Shown piece by piece: positions 20,729 to 31,928 of a stretch of 64,000 nucleotides of DNA (positions are counted from its first letter, which is position 1; each line of letters opens with the position of its first letter). Origin of the DNA: Schmidtea nova (taxonomy: Eukaryota); the NCBI GenBank assembly GCA_044892505.1, contig CM097884.1, positions 2,108,001 through 2,172,000 of the forward strand, written 5' to 3'. A program made the position numbers and the translations under genes. The notes beneath the pieces were generated by a model. It worked only from the letters and a program-made list of their open reading frames with translations, made no database searches and was not told the origin of the DNA.

Positions 20729-23368
20729 ATGCCTCAATCACTTGCTGCTCTGTCAACTGCTGCTGATGTGTTGACTCAGTCTATTGAAAATCAGTCAACT
20801 GTGACGAAGCATTGTGCATTGGAAAACATTGTTAAATGTCAAATTTCCAACTTGCAATGTTTTCAGTCTTTTTTGGATAACTTTTTTCAATTGCATTGTG
20901 GAAATCGTTCTTCTGCATCAGTTCTTTCTGATGCTAATGCAAATCAACGGAGTTCTTCCTTCGATCAAGGATCAAAAAATTCTCAAGGACAATCTGAGAA
21001 CATGCCAATTTCTTATCCTGATATAGAGAATAAATTTCCTAACTCAAAGGATTTATTGATTGTCAAGCGCCTGGATTCATTGGAGGCTCTATTTTTGAAC
21101 ATGGCTGAAAAGGTAGATTATTTGGTTTCTTGTTTTAATGGCTCTGTAGATAATTTATCAGATTTTCGTAAAATAAATGAAAATATTTTAAATAATTATC
21201 TTTTTAATAAAAATAAAGTTCTTGATATAAAAGATAATATAAATGTAAATAATATATGTTCTAATAAATTAAATACTTTGGATTCTTCTGAAAATAATAG
21301 TGTAAATAAAACAAATATTTTATCAGATGTATATAATAATAAGATCCTTAATTCGAATAGTAAATTTTCTAATAATTCTCCTGAAGATAAATTTAAAAAT
21401 GTAAATATTTCAAGAGATAATGCTTCAATTGATTTAAATAACGCGAAAATTATTCCAACTGAAAACCTAGAAATAATTATCAAAAATAATAAAAAATCCG
21501 TTAAAATCATTGAACCTAGTAAAACAAATAAAAAGAAAATTGATAAATTTGAATTTAAAAGCCTGGTTCGTATTTTAACGAAAAGAGAACGCCAGCAAAT
21601 CTTGAATGCTTTTCCTGCCTTGATTCAAATGATTAAAAAGAAGGAATCGCAAAATAAATATATTGAAATAAATAAATTTCTTTCTGGTAAAGAATGTAAT
21701 GTTAATATCCTAAATGTAAATAATTTTGAATATTTCTTTTATAGGAATTTCAATATTTGTGTGTCCTTAAAATTGAATGAGGCTTCTGTAATTTCATCAG
21801 CACCGAAACCCGTTGTTTCAAAAACTATTAAATTAATTGACCATAATATCGTCAAAATAGATTCCGAAATCCCTGACTTTGTTCAAGCTCCAATGTCAAT
21901 TCGAAAATTTCTATTCAATCTTTCGGATGATCTTTCAAACACTGTTTCCATCAAGGATGATAAACATAGGGGAAATAAAATAAATAGCATTCTTACTTCG
22001 ATGAAACAAAAACAACAACTGCCAGATTATTTAATAAAATCTAATATTAAATACGAAAATGGCGAGTTTTTATTATTAGATTTAACTAACACAGATGTCA
22101 AATTGAAAGACGATAATAATTTATTAAAATCAAATTTTTCTGAACTTACTAGAAGTCAGATTAAAAATCTTTACAATTCATATCCTTCTCTTAAGGAAGT
22201 TTGTTTCGTTGAAAATCTAGAAACAAGATCCTCATCAGTTAGTAAAATGATTGACTCTTTAAAAATTAATAAAGAATTTCCAAAAAATATAATTTATAAA
22301 GAGGGTAAATTTTATCAATCTGATAAAAAACTAATTTCTCCCAGTAGTTCTCCTGACATAATGTTCAACCTTGGTCTGTTTGATTTGGCTAGTATGAGTA
22401 AAAAAGATAGTGAGTTAAAATTTATCTTAGAGAAGACTGGTTGTGACTTTAAAATAGTTGAAATAATATTCTACCTCAACTATTTGGGTTTGACTCGATC
22501 TTTGGATTTTAGCAAAAATCAAATTTATTCTGATTATGTAAGGAATTACATCTGTAATTGCGGCTTAATAAACTCACTCTGTAGTATTGCTGATGTTGAT
22601 TCACTTTCACCTGAGGATTTTGAGGGTTGGGCGACCGAAATTGTTCAGAAAATCCCAGTTTCTTCCTATTACTTCAATAGCTGTCACGAAAAGCTTTTAA
22701 AGTTGAAACAATGGGACATTTCAACTAAAATCAAAAAAATCCATAACGTTATTTCACCTGAAATAATTTCTTATTTAAATAAATTTCTTGACTCTGTAGA
22801 CGTAAAATTTCCAGCCAAATCTCAACAAAATAATATTTTAATTAAATTAATGAAAGCTATCAATGACATTAAAATTGTTGATGACATACACGGAAATAAA
22901 GCAAAACGACTTGTTTACTTTTTGCTGAGAGACGCCAAGATATATTTGAATAAAAATCAGCGATTTAGATTATTTGAATCGAGCAATAAATATTGCACTT
23001 CAGAAATGGGACAAATAATTTCCGTAATAATTGAGAACCTCAACAATGTGAGTGACAATGAAATTATTACTCCTGCAAGCACAATTGAAGAAAAGCTAAT
23101 GGAAAAAATTTGTGATCCTGAACCTATTGTTTTGATTGAAGAAAAAAGTTGCTTAAGATGCAACAATATCATTGACAATTGCATTCTAGTTAGAGATGGA
23201 ACAAACATCAACATCTGTGAAAGTTGCATATTTGATGCAATCTCTTCTGCGAAGCCGATTACCGAAGCTCCTCATTCAGATATAGAAGAAGATATAGAAA
23301 TAATTAGCAAGAAATCTTGTCCAAAAACCAGGAAAACAGACAAGAAAACATCAACAAAAGCGAAATGA
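20729..23368 (+). CDS. E4 ORF1 (intact)
   Basis: Translation identical to E2 ORF1. Confidence 0.85.
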   Translation: MPQSLAALSTAADVLTQSIENQSTVTKHCALENIVKCQISNLQCFQSFLDNFFQLHCGNRSSASVLSDANANQRSSSFDQGSKNSQGQSENMPISYPDIENKFPNSKDLLIVKRLDSLEALFLNMAEKVDYLVSCFNGSVDNLSDFRKINENILNNYLFNKNKVLDIKDNINVNNICSNKLNTLDSSENNSVNKTNILSDVYNNKILNSNSKFSNNSPEDKFKNVNISRDNASIDLNNAKIIPTENLEIIIKNNKKSVKIIEPSKTNKKKIDKFEFKSLVRILTKRERQQILNAFPALIQMIKKKESQNKYIEINKFLSGKECNVNILNVNNFEYFFYRNFNICVSLKLNEASVISSAPKPVVSKTIKLIDHNIVKIDSEIPDFVQAPMSIRKFLFNLSDDLSNTVSIKDDKHRGNKINSILTSMKQKQQLPDYLIKSNIKYENGEFLLLDLTNTDVKLKDDNNLLKSNFSELTRSQIKNLYNSYPSLKEVCFVENLETRSSSVSKMIDSLKINKEFPKNIIYKEGKFYQSDKKLISPSSSPDIMFNLGLFDLASMSKKDSELKFILEKTGCDFKIVEIIFYLNYLGLTRSLDFSKNQIYSDYVRNYICNCGLINSLCSIADVDSLSPEDFEGWATEIVQKIPVSSYYFNSCHEKLLKLKQWDISTKIKKIHNVISPEIISYLNKFLDSVDVKFPAKSQQNNILIKLMKAINDIKIVDDIHGNKAKRLVYFLLRDAKIYLNKNQRFRLFESSNKYCTSEMGQIISVIIENLNNVSDNEIITPASTIEEKLMEKICDPEPIVLIEEKSCLRCNNIIDNCILVRDGTNINICESCIFDAISSAKPITEAPHSDIEEDIEIISKKSCPKTRKTDKKTSTKAK

Positions 23369-23374
23369 AGATGT

Positions 23375-26300
23375 GTGCCTGCATCAGCTCAATCTTCTGC
23401 GAATCCCTCTAATGAGACTGATGCAGAAAGCACATTAAAAAACAATCTTTCAAATATCGATGATCGTGATCCTGAAGTGTGGTTTTCTGATAATGATATT
23501 GATTGGTATCTAGAAAACCAAATTGACAATCCAAAGCATGGATACATTAAATGCTTTATAGTAAATATCATCTGTTCTAACATCACAGAAGATATTGTTA
23601 AAATTCCACCTTCTATTACCAATGCTGAAATTGTGTTTTGTCCACTTAATATTAACAATTCGCACTGGATTCTTTTTGTTTATTGTAAGAAAATGCTGTC
23701 TTCTTACTTTATTGACTCAATCTTTGCGAACAAACAAAAGCCAATCAATAAACAAATGGCTCAAAGAATTAATCTAAAACTGAATACATTTTTCAATCTA
23801 AATGTATCAGTTTCCCGTCATCCACACAAACATCTTGAATATCAGAATAACAGCTTTGACTGTGGCCCATTTACGTGTGCTTATGCTGTGATTATCAGTA
23901 AAGATTTGAACAGCTTTCCAAATGGGTTCATAGAGAAAATTCGTACCAGTGTGCATGAAAATCAAAATCGTATGCAAATAACCGAATCCACCTTATTCGC
24001 TGGTACTAACTCCAAGATGGACATGACCAAAATAAATATCAAGAAAGCTCTTGCAAAAAAGAAAGTTATCACCAACACCTCAGATATGACCAAAGTATTG
24101 AACACTCAAAAACCGTGTGTGTCATCAATAATTAGTAAATATTACGAAAGTAATTCTAAAATAACAGTCTTATCTGCTGAACTAACTTTAAACCTAATTG
24201 CACAAAATACCTCCTTCATAGCTGATAATGTCACTTTCAAGCAGTTCAAAGGAATCGATCATGTTATAAGCATCATTCCTAAATTTAACGATTGGTGTCT
24301 CTTTGTCTATTCGAATAAACTTGACAGGAGCTACATGTTCGACTTCAATTATCGAAACATTGATGAAAGGCTAATTGAAATTGGTGAAAAGATAACTGAA
24401 TATCTGAATCAATTCACTCTTGTTTCTAAAATAAAATTCACACCTCATCATAGAATTTCTCATCCAACATTTCATTCTTATGATGATCAATATTTTGCAA
24501 GTTCTTTTATTGTATTTTTTGAGAAACTTGTCTTTGAAAGAATACTTGACAATGATAAGGTTTATGACTCATTAAGTGCTTTAAAATATCAGTCTTGTAA
24601 AGATCTTTCTCCTAGCCTAAGTTTCATTAATGGTAAAATATCCGACAAAATTATTGAGGAATATTTTGCTAGCCTAAACTTATCGACCAAATATATTCTT
24701 CTAAACACAACAATGTGTAGTGCGCTTTCAGATGATTGCACTGAATACTTGAAAGACTTTGTAAACATTGAGTGCATGATGAAGGCCACTGTTATCTTTG
24801 TAATCATTTCTCCTCCAAGAGCCAACGACTTGCTCATGGTTATTGATTACGACGCTGATGAGCACTATTTATTAAGCCCAGTCACTAATGACTTGTTCGT
24901 TATGACTGAAGGATTCTGCTATAAATTACTAATTAAAATTAATGAGATTAGAGAGAGCACAGGACGTGCCTTGAAATCGCGTAATTGTCGACATGACGTT
25001 AAAGGTTCTGGCTTATTTAGTAGGTTATTAATCTGTGCCTTTATTAAATATTATGCATTTGACCGATCTCTAGAAAATATCAACCTACATGAAATTGGCA
25101 AAATTATCTACTCACTTGTGCCATTAGTTGATAAAAATGATAATGCTGAGGAAGAAAGACGACTAAAATCAAAAGCTGTAAACTCTTTAAAACTAAATTT
25201 AAAACAGCGAATAGAAAAAGCGAATAATCTTATAATTTCACTTGAACACGCCAGTATTGATGAAATCATAAGTGGCATTCTTTCAAATATTCCTCGTCTT
25301 AAAGATTTGAACACCGAACACATTCGTACACCATATTTAGGTACTAAAATAGAAAAAGCTAGGAAATTCAAAAATTCCACTGAATTTCTGTCAAACATGA
25401 AAAAGACTGTGTATAGGATTTTGGGTAACAACACAGAATCGATTGCACCTCCTTTCCAGGAAATTATTGACACTTTCAGTCATCCTGATACATTACCTAG
25501 AAATTGGGAAAACATCTTAAAATTTACAAAAACTTCTAAAACTAGTCTTGAATTAAATCCAATGACACCTAAAGAAATCCTGTCAAGTCTTGGCAAAGCT
25601 GACAACACTTCTCCAGGTCTTGATAATGTCTGTTATAAAGATCTTTTGCTATTAGACCCTGAATGCAAATTGTTAACTTTTCTTTACAATAAAATCCTAA
25701 AATTAGATATTATTCCCACAAGTTGGAAATCATTTAAAACTATACTGATTCCAAAACCAGATAAAAATGGCCAATATCATAAAATATCTTCTTGGCGACC
25801 AATTGCTTTATTATCTGTGATTTACAAAGTTTTCGCTTCAGTTTTGGCCAATCGCCTTAGTTTGTGGATAAGAAATAATTCCATGTTACATATTGGCCAA
25901 AAGGGTGGTTCAGAATACGAAGGATGTATTGAACACAACTCTATCCTTTCTGCTATCGTCGAACACTCAAAATATAGCACATCATCACCTTTAACGATAG
26001 CTTGGCTAGACATCAAAGATGCCTTTGGAAGTGTGCCACATGATTACATGTGGACACTATTAAAACACATAAATGTTAGTGATAGGTTTGTGAGCATTTT
26101 AAAACTGCTGTATACTGACACGAGCTCGTTCTATTGTTGCAATAAAATGCAGACACCAGACATTCCAATAAAGAAAGGTGTTAAACAAGGTTGTCCGATC
26201 TCAATGATATTGTTTGCAATAGCTATTAACCCAGTACTTGACGCTATTAATTTGTCAAACGTCAATCCTTTTATGATAGGAACGTCTCCGGTACAGGTGT

Positions 26301-27984
26301 TGGCTTATGCGGATGATATCGCACTTATCGCGACTAATACCTCTGATCTTCAAAAACTCATAGACGTTGCTGTAAATACCGCCAAAACAATTGCATTTGA
26401 ATATCGTCCAGAAAAGTGCGCTTATATGCAATATCCTAAAATAGAAACTGTAAGCGAGATCTCTGTCAACCATATACTCATCAAAAAGATTGCAACAAAT
26501 GAATTTTACCAATACTTGGGAGTACCAATAGGTGACAATAATGATCAAAGTCCCTATGAAATTGTTAGCAAAGTAATTGAAGACACAAAGAAAATAGCAA
26601 ATTCCGATCTTTACGGCTGGCAAAAACTTAAAGCGTATAAGGTCTTTCTGCACTCTCGTTTGATCTTTCCATTTAGAACTAGGGAAATCAAAACAAGTTC
26701 TTTGACTGATTCTAGTAAAAATTCAAAAATCAATGTAAATAATACGAGTATCTTGAGAAGTCAGTTTAGAAAAATATTGAACTTGCCACATTACTCTGAA
26801 ATTAGCTATTTCTATAATTCTACTGAAATGGCGGTGCAGGTTGCATAGACTTACTTGACGAATATCATACACAGACGATTGTTTACTTTTTCCGTCTCCT
26901 AACATCAACGTGCGAATATTCGAAAAAGATAAATACTGACTCGTTGTTATTTGTCACAAGACCTAGACTTGGAATCAAAGATCCAGTTCTTAAACAAAGT
27001 TTAGAATGGATAAATGGAAAGGATAGTAAGAAAAATCACAGCGGTTGCAAAACCCGATTTTATCGACTGCGATCATCTATTGCTTACTTTGCAAAAGTCC
27101 ACAACATTAAACTGTTATTCGAAACAGTCAAAAATAATCCTTCGATTCGAATAACCACTACACTTACAGGAACACGCATATTATTACCGACATTAAGAAA
27201 AGCACTGTCAATGATTCTTCATTCAGCTCTTCAAGACTCATATCTTGAAAAATGGGAAAAAAGCAATCACAATAATCTGCTTATATCTGCGATTAAACTT
27301 TGTCCACTTGTTAACAAACTTATTTTCCGCAGTGACTTGACTGAATTTGAATGGAGATTCGTCCATCGAGCTAGAACAAATACACTTTCGACATTTGCAA
27401 AACCACATAAAACCGGTGAAAATCGTCTTTGTCGTAGATGTAAGGTTGAAGACGAAACTATCCTACACGTTCTTCAAACCTGTAAAATGAACAAATCTCT
27501 AGCAACTAATCGACATAACGCTTGCTTAGAAAAAATAAAAAACGAGTTGAAAAATCCAAACTTGTTAGTTGTTGCGGACCATAAATGTTCCCTTGTACCA
27601 ACATCATCTGAGCGCGTTGATTTAATAATAACCAATAATGAGAAAAAGACGATATTATTGGTAGACATGAAATGTCCAATTGATTCTTTGCCCAACTTTG
27701 ACTTGGCTGATAAAATGAATATTGAAAAATATGAAAAACTGAGATCCGAAATTAAACTAGCCAAGCCCGATTATAAAGTTGAGTTGTTTACTTGCATCAT
27801 AGGCTCTTTAGGTTCCATTGAAGTAAAGACTCCTGATCTTCTAGTTAAAATGGGCGTAAAAGAAAATAATGTTAAACGTCTGATGAAAGAGTGTGCAATA
27901 AGCAATATTGCGCACTCGGCCAAAATTTGGTTCTTTCACACCAATGGCTTTCTACCAGATGATACAAGACAAACGTGTAAATAA
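23375..27984 (+). pseudogene. E4 ORF2 with a 1-bp deletion
   Basis: GAAATGGC at 26825-26832; split into 23375-26848 and 26944-27984. Confidence 0.88.
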
Positions 27985-28351
27985 AATTTATAAACATACA
28001 AATAATTACTTTTTTTCCTTTAAAACTGTAAATAAAAATTAAAGTAAATATTTTGTAAAGTAATTTTAAATAAAAATTTTTTTTTTTTTCTCTAAATCTG
28101 ATAAATTGTCTCTGAGAGTTGTTGGAGTAAGAGACCAAATTGTCTGCGATGCTTGTTATATAATTTAGACCTCTCAAATACTGAAAAAAGCAGTCGCAAA
28201 GCTGGATGACGAAATCCAAAGATACAGAAAAACTCCTGCAGATAGAACAATTATATATATATTTGTTATGTGATTGTTTGAGGACTAATCCATGTTGATT
28301 AGATCATCTGTACAAAAATATTCAAATTTGTTATATTTAATAAATGTTTTA

Positions 28352-28405
28352 TATGATACTCGCTTAGGGTGCGAGTGGTCCCGGGTTCAAATCCCGGCTG
28401 AGCCC
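28352..28405 (+). pseudogene. trnP: 3' half of tRNA-Pro interrupted by E4
   Basis: tRNA nt 19-72. Confidence 0.95.
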
Positions 28406-28757
28406 TTTATTTTTTACAAAACGATACAAATTTCAAATTCGACTTTCGACGAAATTATCATCGGTTATTTATCGAATGAATATCGGGAAAAAGAGAAAAG
28501 CGTAAAATTCAAAATATAAAGACAACAACATGAAGAATTGACGAGAATACAAGTTTAATCAAATACAAGGTTCGATTGAGTTTGTGATGAAAGAAAACGA
28601 AAATTGGGAAATGGGAATTAAGATTAAAAAAATCTATTACAACAAAAAGAGGACATTTGTTGAATTGAATAATTGAAAAATCACGTGACAAAACATGAAA
28701 TGGATGATGATTTATTGAAAATAATTAAGACTGTCAACTTTTGATGAATTGACATGA

Positions 28758-28829
28758 GGCTCAGTGGTCTAGGGGTATGATACTCGCTTAGGGTGCGAGT
28801 GGTCCCGGGTTCAAATCCCGGCTGAGCCC
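28758..28829 (+). tRNA. trnP: tRNA-Pro(AGG), intact
   Basis: Identical cloverleaf. Confidence 0.97.
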
Positions 28830-29181
28830 TTTATTTTTTACAAAACGATACAAATTTCAAATTCGACTTTCGACGAAATTATCATCGGTTATTTATCGAA
28901 TGAATATCGGGAAAAAGAGAAAAGCGTAAAATTCAAAATATAAAGACAACAACATGAAGAATTGACGAGAATACAAGTTTAATCAAATACAAGGTTCGAT
29001 TGAGTTTGTGATGAAAGAAAACGAAAATTGGGAAATGGGAATTAAGATTAAAAAAATCTATTACAACAAAAAGAGGACATTTGTTGAATTGAATAATTGA
29101 AAAATCACGTGACAAAACATGAAATGGATGATGATTTATTGAAAATAATTAAGACGGTCAACTTTTGATGAATTGACATGA

Positions 29182-29202
29182 GGCTCAGTGGTCTAGGGGT
29201 AT
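29182..29202 (+). pseudogene. trnP: 5' half of tRNA-Pro interrupted by E5
   Basis: tRNA nt 1-21. Confidence 0.95.
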
Positions 29203-29282
29203 AATTTCGTAGGAAAAGAAAGACTGATTTTGAATTTAAAATTATAGATTACTGAATAATTGAATTGCGAAAGATGAAAAAC

Positions 29283-31922
29283 ATGCCTCAATCACTTGCT
29301 GCTCTGTCAACTGCTGCTGATGTGTTGACTCAGTCTATTGAAAATCAGTCAACTGTGACGAAGCATTGTGCATTGGAAAACATTGTTAAATGTCAAATTT
29401 CCAACTTGCAATGTTTTCAGTCTTTTTTGGATAACTTTTTTCAATTGCATTGTGGAAATCGTTCTTCTGCATCAGTTCTTTCTGATGCTAATGCAAATCA
29501 ACGGAGTTCTTCCTTCGATCAAGGATCAAAAAATTCTCAAGGACAATCTGAGAACATGCCAATTTCTTATCCTGATATTGAGAATAAATTTCCTAACTCA
29601 AAGGATTTATTGATTGTCAAGCGCCTGGATTCATTGGAGGCTCTATTTTTGAACATGGCTGAAAAGGTAGATTATTTGGTTTCTTGTTTTAATGGCTCTG
29701 TTGATAGTTTGTCAGATTTTCCTAAAATAATTGAAAATAATTTAAATAATAATCTTTTTAATAAAAATAAAGTTATTGATTTAAAAGATAATGTAAATGT
29801 AAATAATATATGTTCTAATAAATTAAATACTTTGGATTCTTCCGAAACTAATACTGTAAATAAAACAAATATTTTATCTGATGTATATAATAATAAGATC
29901 CTTAATTCGAATAGTAAATTTTCTAATAATTCTCCTGAAGATAAATTTAAAAATGTAAATATTTCAAGAGATAATGCTTTAATTGATTTAAATAACGCGA
30001 AAATTATTCCAACTGAAAACCTAGAAATAATTATCAAAAATAATAAAAAATCCGTTAAAATCATTGAACCTAGTAAAACAAATAAAAAGAAAATTGATAA
30101 ATTTGAATTTAAAAGCCTGGTTCGTATTTTAACGAAAAGAGAACGCCAGCAAATCTTGAGTGCTTTTCCTGCCTTGATCCAAATGATTAAAAAGAAGGAA
30201 TCGCAAAATAAATATATTGAAATAAATAAATTTCTTTCTGGTAAAGAATGTAATGTTAATATCCTAAATGTAAATAATTTTGAATATTTCTTTTATAGGA
30301 ATTTCAATATTTGTGTGTCCTTAAAATTGAATGAGGCTTCTGTAATTTCATCAGCACCGAAACCCGTTGTTTCAAAAACTATTAAATTAATTGACCATAA
30401 TATCGTCAAAATAGATTCTGAAATCGCTGACTTTGTTCAAGCTCCAATGTCAATTCGAAAATTTCTATTCAATCTTTCGGATGATCTTTCAAACACTGTT
30501 TCCATCAAGGATGATAAACATAGGGGAAATAAAATAAATAGCATTCTTACTTCGATGAAACAAAAACAACAACTGCCAGATTATTTAATAAAATCTAATA
30601 TTAAATACGAAAATGGCGAGTTTTTATTATTAGATTTAACTAACACAGATGTCAAATTGAAAGACGATAATAATTTAATAAGATCGAGTTTTTCTGAACT
30701 TACTAGAAGTCAGATTAGGAATCTTTACAATTCATATCCTTCTCTTAAGGAAGTTTGTTTCGTTGAAAATCTAGAAACAAGATCCCCATCAGTTAGTAAA
30801 ATGATTGACTCTTTAAAAATTAATAATGAATTTCCAAAAAATATAATTTATAAAGAGGGTAAATTTTATCAATCTGATAAAAAACTAATTTCTCCCAGTA
30901 GTTCTCCTGACATAATGTTCAACCTTGGTCTGTTTGATTTGGCTAGTATGAGTAAAAAAGATTGTGAGTTAAAATTCATCTTAGAGAAGACTGGTTGTGA
31001 CTTTAAAATAGTTGAAATAATATTCTACCTCAACTATTTGGGTTTGACTCGATCTTTGGATTTTTGCAAAAATCAAATTTATTCTGATTATGTAAGGAAT
31101 TACATCTGTAATTGCGGCTTAATAAACTCACTCTGTAGTATTGCTGATGTTGATTCGCTTTCACCTGAGGATTTTGAGGGTTGGGCGACCGAAATTGTTC
31201 AGAAAATCCCAGTTTCTTCCTATTACTTCAGTAGCTGTCAGGAAAAGCTTTTAAAGTTGAAACAATGGGACATTTCAACTGAAATCAAAAAAATCCATAA
31301 CGTTATTTCACCTGAAATAATTTCTTATTTAAATAAATTTCTTGACTCTGTAGACGTAAAATTTCCAGCTAAATCTCAACAAAATAATATTTTAATTAAA
31401 TTAATGAAAGCTATCAATGACATTAAAATTGTTGATGACATACACGGAAATAAAGCAAAACGACTTGTTTACTTTTTGCTGAGAGACGCCAAGATATATT
31501 TGAATAAAAATCAGCGATTTAGATTATTTGAATCGAGCAATAAATATTGCACTTCAGAAATGGGGAAATTAATTTTAGTGATAATTGAGAACCTCAACAA
31601 AGTTACTGACAATGAAATTATTACTCTTACAAGCACAGTTGAAGAAAAGCCAATTGAAAAAATTTGTGATCCTGAACCTATTGTTTTGATTGAAGAAACA
31701 AGTTGCTTAAGATGCAACAATATCATTGACAATTGCATTCTAGTTAGAGATGGAACAAACATCAACATCTGTGAAAGTTGCATATTTGATGCAATCTCTT
31801 CTGCGAAGCCGATTACCGAAGCTCCTCATTCAGATATAGAAGAAGATATAGAAATAATTAGTAAGAAATCTTGTCCAAAAACCAGAAAAACAGACAAGAA
31901 AACATCAACAAAAGCGAAATGA
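29283..31922 (+). CDS. E5 ORF1 (intact)
   Basis: Open frame homologous to E2 ORF1. Confidence 0.87.
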   Translation: MPQSLAALSTAADVLTQSIENQSTVTKHCALENIVKCQISNLQCFQSFLDNFFQLHCGNRSSASVLSDANANQRSSSFDQGSKNSQGQSENMPISYPDIENKFPNSKDLLIVKRLDSLEALFLNMAEKVDYLVSCFNGSVDSLSDFPKIIENNLNNNLFNKNKVIDLKDNVNVNNICSNKLNTLDSSETNTVNKTNILSDVYNNKILNSNSKFSNNSPEDKFKNVNISRDNALIDLNNAKIIPTENLEIIIKNNKKSVKIIEPSKTNKKKIDKFEFKSLVRILTKRERQQILSAFPALIQMIKKKESQNKYIEINKFLSGKECNVNILNVNNFEYFFYRNFNICVSLKLNEASVISSAPKPVVSKTIKLIDHNIVKIDSEIADFVQAPMSIRKFLFNLSDDLSNTVSIKDDKHRGNKINSILTSMKQKQQLPDYLIKSNIKYENGEFLLLDLTNTDVKLKDDNNLIRSSFSELTRSQIRNLYNSYPSLKEVCFVENLETRSPSVSKMIDSLKINNEFPKNIIYKEGKFYQSDKKLISPSSSPDIMFNLGLFDLASMSKKDCELKFILEKTGCDFKIVEIIFYLNYLGLTRSLDFCKNQIYSDYVRNYICNCGLINSLCSIADVDSLSPEDFEGWATEIVQKIPVSSYYFSSCQEKLLKLKQWDISTEIKKIHNVISPEIISYLNKFLDSVDVKFPAKSQQNNILIKLMKAINDIKIVDDIHGNKAKRLVYFLLRDAKIYLNKNQRFRLFESSNKYCTSEMGKLILVIIENLNKVTDNEIITLTSTVEEKPIEKICDPEPIVLIEETSCLRCNNIIDNCILVRDGTNINICESCIFDAISSAKPITEAPHSDIEEDIEIISKKSCPKTRKTDKKTSTKAK

Positions 31923-31928
31923 AGATGT

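Larger units (their letters stand above)
20649..28351 (+). mobile_element. E4: full-length element, apparently identical to E2 (same ORF2 frameshift)
   Basis: All ORF coordinates equal E2 + 17685. Confidence 0.95.
28352..29202 (+). repeat. tRNA-Pro array segment (two 424-bp units)
   Basis: Spacer repeats at a 424-bp period. Confidence 0.97.
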
